Source: a virus
DNA length: 64,000 bases
Reading direction: 5' to 3' (one strand)
Virus record (IMG/VR): IMGVR_UViG_3300028573_000011
Coordinates: 1 to 64,000 of that record
In this document: positions 35,812 to 45,359 of the stretch, in pieces
Layout of the letters: each line of letters opens with the position of its first letter
Position numbering within the stretch: the first letter of the stretch is position 1
Notes under the pieces: generated by a model
Seen by the model: the letters and a program-made list of their open reading frames with translations, nothing else
Told to the model about the DNA's origin: nothing
The model's database searches: none
Program-made: the position numbers and the translations under genes

Positions 35812-37098
35812 TCAGCGCCGGTGCTCCAGCGCTGCGTACTGTTCGCGGGTCCAGCCGAAGGACCAGGCCGCGGCCGCGACTGGGTCGGCGAAGTGGCCGG
35901 GGACGGTCAGGCCGAAGCGGCGGCGGGTACCGTCGCGCTCGGTGGAACCGTTGGTACACAGAAGAACGCGCACGTGGGCCCGGTAGACACGGCTGGGTAC
36001 GTCGTACAGCGCGAGTTCCTGGCCCGGGTTGCCGGGGTCCGGGACGGGCAGGCCGACGGGCACCATGGCAGCCTGGTCGATGAACCGGTCCCAGCCGAGG
36101 CGTTCGATGGCAACGCGTCGGATCTCGGTGTTGCGCTCGGCCAGGATCTTGTCGCTGGGCCACTCGGGGCCTTCGATGAGGTCGGCTGGGACTTGGGTGC
36201 CGTGCCAGGCGTGGATGCCCCATCCGTCGCGGTAGGCCACGGCTGGGCCCTTGTCGGCGTGAAGCTGTTGCTGATCGTCCAAATGGATGGACTCGGGTCG
36301 GTCGCAGATCACGACGGTGTCCTGGAAGGGCCACCAGGGGCCGGCGTTGCTGGCGATCAGCATCTCCGCGTGGAGCGCCGGCTTGTTGGGCTCGAACTTC
36401 GCCGGCGGAACCCCGTCGATCAGGGGCCCGCTGAGACGCGACCGGTTCCACGGCATGGGCAGGTACTCGGACATCTCCCTGGCTCGCCGCCGGTCCTCGG
36501 CTCCCATTCGCGCGATGAGCTCGCAGCGGGTCAGCCTTTCGGCATCGAACTGCCCCGGGTGCACGCGGAGTCTGCGGAGTGCGTAGTAGAGATCAGCGTC
36601 TCTGGCTGATCGAAGGTCGAAGCCCACCTGAAGAGTAGTCTCGCGATTCGGAATGACCGCGTTTGTGAGCTGGGCTCCGATGGGCCGGATGAAGTCGGCC
36701 GCGAGCATGCCTGAGACCCTGCTGGCCCACCAGACATTTTCGGTGTTGTAAAAGCCCTGTCGTTCGTGTGGTGGCAGGAGTACGTCCCAGGGCAGCGGCT
36801 GGTCGTGCGCGAGGAGGCATTTTTTGACGAGGCGGACGGCGTCGGCGGGCGAGGTGGCCCATTCGATCCAGGGCTGTCGCTGCTCGCGGGCCCGGTAGAA
36901 GTCGCTGATCCCGATCTCGGCCAGCTGCCGGTTGGCGGGCTCGGTGGACAGACCCCAGGTCCGCCACGTCCGGCTGAGTTCCTGGGCCCGGGTCGCCGGA
37001 TCCAGGTAGCGGTGAAGAGGCACCCACGCCTCGCGGGCCGACCAGTACGGCGAGAGGGGCGGCCGGGTCGAACTGTTGGGGATCGGTTCCGACGTCAT
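35812..37098 (-). CDS. DUF6745-like protein, paralogue 3
   Basis: GPWWPF...DRP...LHADKGPAVAYRDGWGIHAWHG...NTEIRRVAIERLGW...NGSTERDGTRRRFGLTVP. Confidence 0.85.
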   Translation of the reverse strand: MTSEPIPNSSTRPPLSPYWSAREAWVPLHRYLDPATRAQELSRTWRTWGLSTEPANRQLAEIGISDFYRAREQRQPWIEWATSPADAVRLVKKCLLAHDQPLPWDVLLPPHERQGFYNTENVWWASRVSGMLAADFIRPIGAQLTNAVIPNRETTLQVGFDLRSARDADLYYALRRLRVHPGQFDAERLTRCELIARMGAEDRRRAREMSEYLPMPWNRSRLSGPLIDGVPPAKFEPNKPALHAEMLIASNAGPWWPFQDTVVICDRPESIHLDDQQQLHADKGPAVAYRDGWGIHAWHGTQVPADLIEGPEWPSDKILAERNTEIRRVAIERLGWDRFIDQAAMVPVGLPVPDPGNPGQELALYDVPSRVYRAHVRVLLCTNGSTERDGTRRRFGLTVPGHFADPVAAAAWSFGWTREQYAALEHRR

Positions 37099-37137
37099 CA
37101 GGAGCCTCGATTCGGGTGGCGGGGGTGGCCGGCGGGT

Positions 37138-38307
37138 TCAGCGGCGATGTTCCAGGGCTGCGTACTGCTCGCGGGTCCAGCCGAACGTCCAGGCGGCGGC
37201 TTCGACCGGGTCCGTGAAGCCTGCGGGGACGGTGAGACCGAACCGCCGGCGCGTGCCGTCGCGCTCGAGAGAGCCGTTCGTACAGACCAGAACGAGAACC
37301 GGCCTGTCGTAGATGCGGACGGCGGGGACGTAGAGGCGTAGTTCCTGGCCTGGGTTGCCGGGGTCCGGGACTGCCGGCCCGAGGGGCTGCAGGATGTCGG
37401 ACTCGACGAAGCGGTCCCAGCCGATGCGTTCGATCGCAGCTCGGCGCACCTCAACGTTCCGCTGGGTGAGAACCTGCTCGGGGGTCCAAGGCGGCCCTTC
37501 AATGAGGCTGGCCGGGACGACGGTGCCGTGCCAGGCGTGGACGCCCCAGCCGTCGGGGTAGCGCACGGCCGGACCGTTGTCGGCGTGGAGGCGCAGCTCA
37601 GGGTCGAAATGGATGGCTGTGGGGCGTTCGCTGATGATGACGATGCTTTCGAAAGGCCACCAGGGGCCGGCGCTTCGAGCGATCTGCAGCAGCGCGTGCC
37701 AAGCGCCGTAGTGCACCGCTGAGATGGATGCCTCTTCCTTCACCAGCTCCAGTTCGTAGCGGGCGAGAGCCTCGGCATCGAACTGGCCCGGCACGACGGC
37801 ATGGCCCTTCATCCGCAGAGTGTGGAACGGGCCTAACGTCATGTTGGCGGTCAGGTCGGTCGCGGCCAGGACCTGTTCGCCGACCTGGCGGGCGGCTCGG
37901 AGCGGACGGAGCTGCTGTTGCACCAGTCCCCAGTTGATCCGGTGGTTCCGGCCAAGGACGTACAGCTCTGATTCGGGCGTGAGATCTTCGCGGGCGCACG
38001 GCCACGCTGTGCCCTGCGCCACGGCGTAGTCCGCTGCTCTGTGCGCCGCGTGGGGCGAGTCGGCCCAGATGATGCGCGGTTTCTGTCTGCCGCCCAGCTG
38101 CCTGAAGGCATAGAGGTCGATGATCGCCCGTTCGGCCGCGTCCCGGTCGGCGGGGTCCGTGGACAATCCTCGCTTGGCCCACCACGCGGCACTGTCGAGG
38201 TACCTGAGCGTGTCGTCGGAGTACTCGCGGAGGTACTTGGCGAAGTACTGCTCGACCAGCGGCGGGACCAGCTGGTCGGGTTGCGTCTCGGGCTGTGGGT
38301 CTGTCAT
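37138..38307 (-). CDS. DUF6745-like protein, paralogue 2
   Basis: Same motifs; ends AAAWTFGWTREQYAALEHRR. Confidence 0.85.
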   Translation of the reverse strand: MTDPQPETQPDQLVPPLVEQYFAKYLREYSDDTLRYLDSAAWWAKRGLSTDPADRDAAERAIIDLYAFRQLGGRQKPRIIWADSPHAAHRAADYAVAQGTAWPCAREDLTPESELYVLGRNHRINWGLVQQQLRPLRAARQVGEQVLAATDLTANMTLGPFHTLRMKGHAVVPGQFDAEALARYELELVKEEASISAVHYGAWHALLQIARSAGPWWPFESIVIISERPTAIHFDPELRLHADNGPAVRYPDGWGVHAWHGTVVPASLIEGPPWTPEQVLTQRNVEVRRAAIERIGWDRFVESDILQPLGPAVPDPGNPGQELRLYVPAVRIYDRPVLVLVCTNGSLERDGTRRRFGLTVPAGFTDPVEAAAWTFGWTREQYAALEHRR

Positions 38308-38372
38308 GGGTCCTCGCTTCGGATGGTGGAGGCTTCACGGTCAGCGCGCGCCGTGACTGGCGCCGCGGTGGA

Positions 38373-39695
38373 TCAGCGGCGGTGCTCCAGGGCGGCGTAG
38401 TCGTCGCGATCCCAGCCGAAGGTCCAGGCCGCGGCTTCGACCGGGTCGGTGAAGCGGGCCGGGACGGTCAGACCAAAGCGCCGACGCGTGCCATCGCGCT
38501 CCTCGGAGCCGTTCGTGCACAGCAGGACACGTACGGGGTTGCGGTAGATCCGGCCGGGCACGTCGTACAGCGCGAGCTCCTGGCCGGGGTTCCCCGGGTC
38601 CGGGACAGGGGCACCCACGGGCGCCAGCTTCGCGTCTGCGATGAACCGGTCCCAGCCGATGCGCTCGACGGCCGCGCGGCGGACCTCGGTGTTGGGGTGG
38701 GTCAGGATCTGCTTTGCGGTCCAGCCGGGCCCGTCGATCAGGTCGGCGGGGACAGGCGTGCCGTGCCAGAAGTAGACGCCCCAGCCGTCCGGGTAGACCA
38801 CGGCGGGGCCGTCCTCGGCGTGAGGACGCTCCTGCTGGTCCATCAGGATGCCGCTGGGGCGCTCGCAGGCGATGACCAGCTTGTCAAAGGGCCACCAAGG
38901 TCCGGCGCTGCGCGCGATTTTTGCCAGGGCGTCCAGGGCAGCGCTGCGGGGTCGGTTCGGGCGGGCCCGCTTGCCGACCTCGTGCAGAGCGAAGCTCTCG
39001 GCGTCGAACTGCCCGGGGATCAGCGGAGGGCCGTCCTTGCTGGCAAAGCGGACGAGCGTTCCTGCGGGCGACGTTGCCAGTGCTGCGCGGAAGACCTCGC
39101 GGCCGATCTGACCCACCAGCTGCAGGTTGGCCGTAGTCCCGAGCATGAACCTCCAGAGAACGTCGGTTCCCCCGACCAGCGCCTTGTATTCGTTGTCAGG
39201 CATGAGCTCGTCGCGTGACAGGCTTCTGGCATCAGCAGCGGCGATCACGGCCTTGTAGATTCCGACTGCGGCACGGGGTGACTGCGCCCAGATGATCTGG
39301 GACGGCTGTGGCAGCCCGCGCGCCTGGTACACCTTGCGGATACCGGCCTCGGCCGTGGCACGATCGGCGGGCTCGGTCGACAGCCCGGCTTTCGCCCACC
39401 GCGCGGTGGTGCTCGTTGAGATGCTCACGTCTCCGAAAGCCTCCACAGTGCTGAAGAACACGGGCAGGTCGAATTCCACGGAGAAATCCATCGTCGAGGG
39501 CAGCAGCGCACCTCTGTGATCGACGTTCCATGACACCGGCGTGTTGACGCCCGGGATCAGAACGGGTGGTGACGGGCTCACCGCGCCCGCGTGCTTCCGG
39601 GAGCGACGCCGGTGGCGGTGCAGGCCGACGGCCCCGGCGGCGGCACCGGCCGCTGCTGTGACGAAGGGCGCGACAGTGAGGATGGCGGTGATCAT
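38373..39695 (-). CDS. DUF6745-like protein, paralogue 1, N-terminal membrane anchor
   Basis: Same motifs; MITAILTVAPFVTAAAGAAAGAVGL then basic stretch. Confidence 0.85.
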   Translation of the reverse strand: MITAILTVAPFVTAAAGAAAGAVGLHRHRRRSRKHAGAVSPSPPVLIPGVNTPVSWNVDHRGALLPSTMDFSVEFDLPVFFSTVEAFGDVSISTSTTARWAKAGLSTEPADRATAEAGIRKVYQARGLPQPSQIIWAQSPRAAVGIYKAVIAAADARSLSRDELMPDNEYKALVGGTDVLWRFMLGTTANLQLVGQIGREVFRAALATSPAGTLVRFASKDGPPLIPGQFDAESFALHEVGKRARPNRPRSAALDALAKIARSAGPWWPFDKLVIACERPSGILMDQQERPHAEDGPAVVYPDGWGVYFWHGTPVPADLIDGPGWTAKQILTHPNTEVRRAAVERIGWDRFIADAKLAPVGAPVPDPGNPGQELALYDVPGRIYRNPVRVLLCTNGSEERDGTRRRFGLTVPARFTDPVEAAAWTFGWDRDDYAALEHRR

Positions 39696-39829
39696 CAGGG
39701 TCCGATCAGCTGGTCGACGCAGCAGGCGAGAGCAACGCCGCCGAGGGCTGCGATGAGGACGATCAGGGCAAGCAGCCCGGCTGCGGCTGCCAGGCGTCCG
39801 GCGGCCCACGCGGCCCGGCGCGCGGTCAC
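39695..39829 (-). CDS. Small membrane peptide
   Basis: Single TM helix, coupled on both sides. Confidence 0.5.
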   Translation of the reverse strand: MTARRAAWAAGRLAAAAGLLALIVLIAALGGVALACCVDQLIGP

Positions 39830-40296
39830 GGCGTCCTGCCGGGGCGGCTCGCGGTCGCGCGGCGGTGAAACTCGACGCGGCGCATGACGGCGCGGGCGTG
39901 CTCGCGCACGGGCGTGGGTGTCGGCGAGTTGGCGACGGCACCGACGACGCCGAGCAGCCCGTCGACGAGCCGGGCCGGCAGCAGGACGGCATTCCCGCCA
40001 GTTGGCGGCCGCGGCACCGGGACGGGGATGGGAACGGGAGCGGGCGTCTCGGGCTGCTGGGCTGGCCCCGGGGGTGCCGGGATGGTGCCGAGGCCGATGG
40101 CGATCGCAGCGGCCTCGGTGCGGCTGGCGGCGCCGAGCTTGAGGCAGATGCGGCTGAGGTGCGACTTGACGGTGAAGAACGCGATGCCGAGCTCGGCGCC
40201 GATCCGGGCGTTGGAGTGGCCGGCGGCCACCAGCACGAGGACGTCGATCTCGCGGGTGGACAGCGGGGAGCCTAGGCGGGGCGTGCGGCGCTTCAT
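39826..40296 (-). CDS. LuxR-type HTH regulator
   Basis: LSTREIDVLVLVAAGHSNARIGAELGIAFFTVKSHLSRICLKLGAASRTEA. Confidence 0.9.
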   Translation of the reverse strand: MKRRTPRLGSPLSTREIDVLVLVAAGHSNARIGAELGIAFFTVKSHLSRICLKLGAASRTEAAAIAIGLGTIPAPPGPAQQPETPAPVPIPVPVPRPPTGGNAVLLPARLVDGLLGVVGAVANSPTPTPVREHARAVMRRVEFHRRATASRPGRTP

Positions 40297-40453
40297 CGCG
40301 GAAGGTCCCTTCGCGCGCCCTGGACGGTCGTGTCACGGGCGGATGGGTTTGGGCCGGTACGCCTGGGCCGGACCGGTGTCGGCGCGCCTTCTGCGTGGCT
40401 TGTGGGCGTTTGGCCGTAGGCGGAGCCATTCGTCAGTTCGTTTGATGACGTGA

Positions 40454-40906
40454 TCATGCTGCTGCGCCTGTGGGGTATCCGGGCCCGGAGAGGCTGGAGG
40501 CGTCGTCGGGGACGGTCATGTCGGGGGTGGCGAGCAGCCGGACGTGTACGGCGAAGGGGAGGAGTTCTTCGTCGCCGGTGGTGGTGTTGCGGAGGTGGAC
40601 GTCGACGATCTGGGGGGCGTTCTCCCAGTTGGTGTCAGGGTTGTCGCGGGTGCTGGGTGTGCCGATGACCTGGCATTCTTCGCCGTTGATGCGGACGAGG
40701 TACTTGTCCCGGATGTCGGTGATGCCCATCGGTACCCAGGGGCGGCGTTCGGGTTCGGGTTCGTCGTCTGGGGTGAGGGTGTTGCGGAGGACGGCGAGGG
40801 TGCGGCGGATGGCGTCGGCGAGGCCTTCGGTGAGTTCGAGGGCGGCGTCGAGGATGGTGGTGGCGATGCCGGGGACTGCGCGGGTGGTGGCTTGCAGCAG
40901 GTTCAT
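40454..40906 (-). CDS. Hypothetical protein
   Basis: Coupled ORF. Confidence 0.6.
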   Translation of the reverse strand: MNLLQATTRAVPGIATTILDAALELTEGLADAIRRTLAVLRNTLTPDDEPEPERRPWVPMGITDIRDKYLVRINGEECQVIGTPSTRDNPDTNWENAPQIVDVHLRNTTTGDEELLPFAVHVRLLATPDMTVPDDASSLSGPGYPTGAAA

Positions 40907-41223
40907 GGTCGGTCCGGGGGGTCGGGGGTTGGTCTGGCGGCGTCGAGTCGGGAGGGGTGGAGCGCGGTCATGGGGCGGCCGGTGACGGTTTGGCAGCCGA
41001 GTCCGGGGGCGGCTTTGCAGAAGGGGCAGCGGACGGCTCGGGCGCCGCCCTGTCGTGTAGGGATGGCCGGGGTGCCGTCGGGGGCTGGTATGGGGTTGGC
41101 AAGGGGCGGTCTGTGAGGCTTAACGACGTTGGTGCGCGCAAGGGCGCGGATGCCGTCTGACATGCGGCGGGCGTCTTCCATGGCGCGGCGTTCGGCGTCG
41201 GGCTCAGTGTCGGTGTTGGTCAC
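40903..41223 (-). CDS. Phage zinc-finger protein
   Basis: AVRCPFCKAAPGLGC......HPSR; RBS GAGGAG. Confidence 0.75.
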   Translation of the reverse strand: MTNTDTEPDAERRAMEDARRMSDGIRALARTNVVKPHRPPLANPIPAPDGTPAIPTRQGGARAVRCPFCKAAPGLGCQTVTGRPMTALHPSRLDAARPTPDPPDRP

Positions 41224-41300
41224 GGGTGCTCCTCGGTGCGGCTGTCGTCGGGGCCCGGTGGGGTCGGGCCGGCCGGGGCTGGCGGTTGACGGGACGGTGG

Positions 41301-42374
41301 CTATGGGCCGTGGAGGCTGGGCATGCGGCTGCGGGCGCAGGCGGCGGCGCGGGTGATGACCAGCGGGGTGGGTGCGTTGGTGACGCCTCGGCGGGCGAGG
41401 TCGGCTTCGACTTCGGCCTGGAGGGCGGCGCCGAAATCGTCGAGTTGGCCAAGGAGCCGGCGGGCGGCGTTGTACTCCTCGTCGGTGATCACGATGTCGT
41501 CGAGGTTTTCCACAGACGTGATCGTTTCGACAAGTGAGGTGGTCGCCTTGGGTGAGTTGGTTGGTGGTAGTTGGTCAAGGTTGGTCACCGGCAACGGGTT
41601 GCCGGAACTGTGGCAACCCGTTGCCGGAAGGCTGGCAACGGGTTGCCGGAAGGGGTCGTCGCCCGGGGCGCCACTGGCGGCAACGGGTTGCCGGGAGCCT
41701 GGACCGTCGGCGGGGTTTTCCACAGGGCCTTGCGGCACCGCGTTGCCGGAAGCGGCCGTGTTGTCCACAGGGCGTTCCGGCACCGTGTTGCCGGTAGCGT
41801 GGATCCCGGGGTTCTGTTCCGGCATCCCGTTGCCGGGAGCGGGCTCGTCGTTGCCGCGCTGTTCCGGCACCGCATTGCCGGTAGGGGTCTTGGGCTCGCG
41901 GTCGATCGGCATCGCCCGGGCTGGCAGCGGCTTGCCCTGGAGCTCGGCCAGGAAGGGCCGGAGCGCGAGCGGTTTCGGCCGGATGAGCTTGCCGTCGTCG
42001 TCGCGCTCGCAGGGCTGTCCGTCGCGGCCGATGGGCTTGCCCTGGGGGTCGCGGCGCATCGGGATCGCGGGGTAGCCGGGGCCGGGCAGCGTCAGCTGGT
42101 AGGTGTCCGGGACGCCGAGCTTCCTGCCGTACTTGGTGATCTCGATCAGCCCGAGTTCGGTCAGGACACGGATGTTGTCGCGGAGGTAGCGGACGTCGGA
42201 GATGATCGCCTCGTCGGCGAGCGTCTCCTCGCTGACCTTGACGTTGGAGCCGTCGGGGTCCGCGTAGGTGGCGAGGATCCCGGCGACGGCCTTGACGATC
42301 TGGGGCAGGTCGGAGCGTCGGATCCAGACGGCCCACATGTAGTTGCCGACCGGCTGGTGCTTCAGGTCAGCCAT
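41301..42374 (-). CDS. Phage replication initiator, N-terminal wHTH (Rep2)
   Basis: VKAVAGILATYADPDGSNVKVSEETLA...VRYLR...LTELGLI; internal iterons. Confidence 0.75.
   Translation of the reverse strand: MADLKHQPVGNYMWAVWIRRSDLPQIVKAVAGILATYADPDGSNVKVSEETLADEAIISDVRYLRDNIRVLTELGLIEITKYGRKLGVPDTYQLTLPGPGYPAIPMRRDPQGKPIGRDGQPCERDDDGKLIRPKPLALRPFLAELQGKPLPARAMPIDREPKTPTGNAVPEQRGNDEPAPGNGMPEQNPGIHATGNTVPERPVDNTAASGNAVPQGPVENPADGPGSRQPVAASGAPGDDPFRQPVASLPATGCHSSGNPLPVTNLDQLPPTNSPKATTSLVETITSVENLDDIVITDEEYNAARRLLGQLDDFGAALQAEVEADLARRGVTNAPTPLVITRAAACARSRMPSLHGP
41506..41879. repeat. Candidate origin 2: eight 14-bp palindromic iterons and three DnaA boxes
   Basis: GGCAAC-NN-GTTGCC-like at 41590, 41612, 41634, 41679, 41734, 41779, 41821, 41866; TTGTCCACA 41761, TTTTCCACA 41716 and 41506. 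Confidence 0.8.
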
Positions 42375-42481
42375 GGCGGCGCCCTTTCTCTCGTGTGCTC
42401 GGTCGGGGATCGGCGGGTCGGCCCGGCGCGTGGCCGGCGGTCCGCGGCCTGCCGGGCTCCCCTCCCGGCGGCGTGCTTGGG

Positions 42482-43135
42482 TCAGGGGCTGCCGCTGGCG
42501 ACGAGCCCGGCGGCTGGCGACGTCGAGTCGGCGCCCCAGGGACGGCCCGGGTCCCGCAGGCCCGCGGTGACGAGCGCGCTGAGGATGGCGGGAAGGGTCG
42601 CGTCTCCTATCCCGGGCCGGCTGCGCAGGTCGGCGTCAGAGGCGGCCATGAGTTCGGCGACGGTGTGGATGCCGGCCCGGCGCAGCCGGTTGTGCACCTT
42701 GACGGGCAGCGCGAGCGTCCACAGCGGGGCGTCGGGGTTGAGGGGCGTCTGCGGGGCCGCCAGCTGGGCGGCCCGGGCCGCGCGCGAGGTGTCCCGGAGC
42801 GCGTGGGTCGGCGGTGTGCCCAGCATCAGGGGCGCGTGCACGGCGGGAGGCGTAGCCCGAATCGCGTCTCGCGCCTGGGCCAGGGCCCGCTTGCCGTACG
42901 CGGTGATCATCAATCCCCCGCGTTGGCGCTCAAGGAACCCGTCGCGCACTAGGTAGCTGGCAACATTCGCGACGTGGTTGGCGGACCGGCCGATGCGCAG
43001 CGCGATCTCGGCGGGTCGCGCGCAGGGCTGCTTGGCGCACGCCGACAGCAGCAGGTAGTCCATCCCGTTCAGCCCGAGGTGCCTCAGGCGGTAGGTGTCG
43101 GCGTGGCGCTGCTGGGTGCCGGGGAGTGTGGTCAC
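42482..43135 (-). CDS. wHTH fused to RNA polymerase alpha-CTD
   Basis: MarR-like HTH then LALPVKVHNRLRRAGIHTVAELMAASDADLRSRPGIG. Confidence 0.8.
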   Translation of the reverse strand: MTTLPGTQQRHADTYRLRHLGLNGMDYLLLSACAKQPCARPAEIALRIGRSANHVANVASYLVRDGFLERQRGGLMITAYGKRALAQARDAIRATPPAVHAPLMLGTPPTHALRDTSRAARAAQLAAPQTPLNPDAPLWTLALPVKVHNRLRRAGIHTVAELMAASDADLRSRPGIGDATLPAILSALVTAGLRDPGRPWGADSTSPAAGLVASGSP

Positions 43136-43620
43136 GGGGTAGCTCCGATCGTCCAGATGCGGATGAGCACACCCGGAGCGGCTGGCGCGAGGGGGTGCTG
43201 GCCCGGGTAGTACTTGCCGGTGTCGCGGTACTCGACGACCTGGGCGTCGTCGAGCCACGCCAGGCCCTTGAGCGCGTCCTCGGTGGAGCGCAGCAGCTTG
43301 GACAGGTCCGGGGTGCAGCTGGGCAGCACGCGGCCCTTCGGCATGCGCTGGGGCGGCTGGAGCGTGAAGATCATGGAGGCGGCCAGTGCGCCGGCCAGGG
43401 GCGCGCAGTTGGCAGCGGCGTCAGCAACAGCCGCGCGCCAGGGCTTCACCTTGGCCGAGGACTCGACGAGGATCGGCGTGCGGCCGCCGTTCTTCGCGGC
43501 CCGCGTCCCGACCGCCTTCTTCGAGCCCTGCGGGCCGGGCGTGCCGCTCACGGCGAGCTGGATGGCGGGGTCGGTGTCCAGGTTGAGGCACCGGGCGCAG
43601 CAAGTGGTCGGGAAGTTCAT
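43132..43620 (-). CDS. rusA: RusA-like Holliday junction resolvase
   Basis: GTPGPQGSK, VKPWR, PDLSKLLRSTEDAL...WLDDAQVV. Confidence 0.92.
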   Translation of the reverse strand: MNFPTTCCARCLNLDTDPAIQLAVSGTPGPQGSKKAVGTRAAKNGGRTPILVESSAKVKPWRAAVADAAANCAPLAGALAASMIFTLQPPQRMPKGRVLPSCTPDLSKLLRSTEDALKGLAWLDDAQVVEYRDTGKYYPGQHPLAPAAPGVLIRIWTIGATP

Positions 43621-45359
43621 GCTGTCACCAGCTCGCGGTCAAGCTCGATCCCGTGGATGATCTCGGAGAGCGCCGAGACGATGACCTCGGCGGGCGGGGG
43701 CGTGACCGCGTTGCCGTAGAGCCTGGTAGCGACCTCAGCGCTGATGTCGTCGGGCATCACGAAGTCGTCGTCGAAGGCCATGCCCCTGTGCGACTCGTCG
43801 ATCTTCATCATCCGGAACAGCACGGACTCCAGGCCCATGCGCTCGGCGGTCCTGGCCGCCTCGGCGCCGAGCCGGGCGATAGCATCCGTGTGCCGCTTGT
43901 CGTCGTCGGCCCGGCCCGCGTCGTCCTTCTTCAGCTCCCGGGTCTTCAGGGTGATCTCCTGGATCCGCTCGACGGACTGGATGATGTGCCGCGGGTCGAC
44001 CTCCAAGCTGTTGTGGGCGCGGGACAGGGCGTAGCGGTCGCGGGTGGTCAGGGTGCCCATGGGCTCGTCGGCGGGCGCGGCGTTGCCGTTGCCGTAGTAG
44101 GGCACCATCAGGTCGAGCGTCGGCTGCTGCATCAGGCCGATGTGGTTGCCGTTCGCGGTCAGGGTCGGCATCGGTGCGGCGGTCTTGCGGGCGCCGTTCA
44201 GGGAGCCCCCGCCGCGCATGGTGATGAGCATCGGCGGGATCGTGACGCTGGCGGTGCCCGTGTGCTGCCGGGCCCAGGCGGCCGATCTGCCTTCGGTGTC
44301 GTGCGCGATTTCGATGGGGGGCACAGCGATGCCGTCGGACTCGCGGGTGGTCCTGGTCGGCATGGGCTCGGAGACGGGCGTCGGGCTGGTCCGCCAGGTG
44401 CCGCCCGCCGGGACGAGGAAGGGCTCTCCGTACTTGACGACACCCATGCCGATGCGGGCCATGGTCATGGGGGCGAGCGGCGCCTCGCGGTCCCCGATCG
44501 CGGTGATCGGCTTGGTGAAGTCGAGGGCTGTCGCCGCGCCGATGACTTCGGGGTGGACGACCTGTCCGCGGCAGTCGCTGTTCGGGCAGCGGTAAACGTA
44601 CTGTCCGCTCTTGATCCCGTAGACGCCCATATCCTTGCGCGGGTCCTTGAACACCTGCATCGCCCACACTCGGCGGTCGCAGCGCGGGCACCAGGCGCGG
44701 GGCCGCAGCCACTTGTCCCAGTCGGGGTCGCGGCCGAGGGCTTCGAGCCAGTACGCCAGGTACGCGCGGTCGCGGGACTGCGGGCAGCGCTTGGTACGCA
44801 CCGGGACGGCGTGTGCCGAGTTCAGCGCGATCAGCTTGGTCTTGTAGCCGAGCATGTGGAACCGGTGCAGGTACTTGTCCCACTCGGCCCACTTGCGGAC
44901 CTGCGGCACGTTCTCCACGACGCCAGCCAGCACCGGAAATCCGGTCAGCCACATGGCTTCCAGATACAGGGGCACCTCGGTCATCAGCGCGCGGGAACGG
45001 ATCCCCGTCTCGGAGATCTCCGGCTCCAGCCCGGGGATGGCGTACTGGTTGATCTTGTCGAACCACATCGGGCGGCCGGCGGCGTCGGTCCAGTGCGGGC
45101 AGGCCGGGGAGTCCCACTTGAACGCGCGCGGCTTGCGCTTGCTCACGCAGGTCGTCTGGATGTCGGTCTGGAGGTGCTCGGCGTCCGGGAAGTTCAGCGC
45201 ATGCACGCGGATCGCGTGCGGACTGTGGTTGATGCCCTCAACGACCCTGATGCCGGGAACCTTCCGGAGCGCCTGGGAGGAGCCGCCGGCACCGCAGAAG
45301 CCGTCTCCGGCTTCGATGTCGCCGTCGCGGTCGCGGCCACAGGTCAGCAGCGAGGTCAT
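43617..45359 (-). CDS. DNA (cytosine-5) methyltransferase
   Basis: FCGAGG, SPAC, ENV, QSRDR, YGNAV. Confidence 0.92.
   Translation of the reverse strand: MTSLLTCGRDRDGDIEAGDGFCGAGGSSQALRKVPGIRVVEGINHSPHAIRVHALNFPDAEHLQTDIQTTCVSKRKPRAFKWDSPACPHWTDAAGRPMWFDKINQYAIPGLEPEISETGIRSRALMTEVPLYLEAMWLTGFPVLAGVVENVPQVRKWAEWDKYLHRFHMLGYKTKLIALNSAHAVPVRTKRCPQSRDRAYLAYWLEALGRDPDWDKWLRPRAWCPRCDRRVWAMQVFKDPRKDMGVYGIKSGQYVYRCPNSDCRGQVVHPEVIGAATALDFTKPITAIGDREAPLAPMTMARIGMGVVKYGEPFLVPAGGTWRTSPTPVSEPMPTRTTRESDGIAVPPIEIAHDTEGRSAAWARQHTGTASVTIPPMLITMRGGGSLNGARKTAAPMPTLTANGNHIGLMQQPTLDLMVPYYGNGNAAPADEPMGTLTTRDRYALSRAHNSLEVDPRHIIQSVERIQEITLKTRELKKDDAGRADDDKRHTDAIARLGAEAARTAERMGLESVLFRMMKIDESHRGMAFDDDFVMPDDISAEVATRLYGNAVTPPPAEVIVSALSEIIHGIELDRELVTA

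Noticed and set aside
35812-39695. Diversity-generating retroelement
   Set aside because: No reverse transcriptase in the window, no visible adenine-specific template/variable pair, and C-termini are the conserved part.
41590-41879. Mini CRISPR array
   Set aside because: 14-bp units with irregular spacing inside a rep gene; iterons fit better.
43617-45359. Restriction-modification system
   Set aside because: No cognate endonuclease; an orphan methyltransferase next to RusA is typical of phages.
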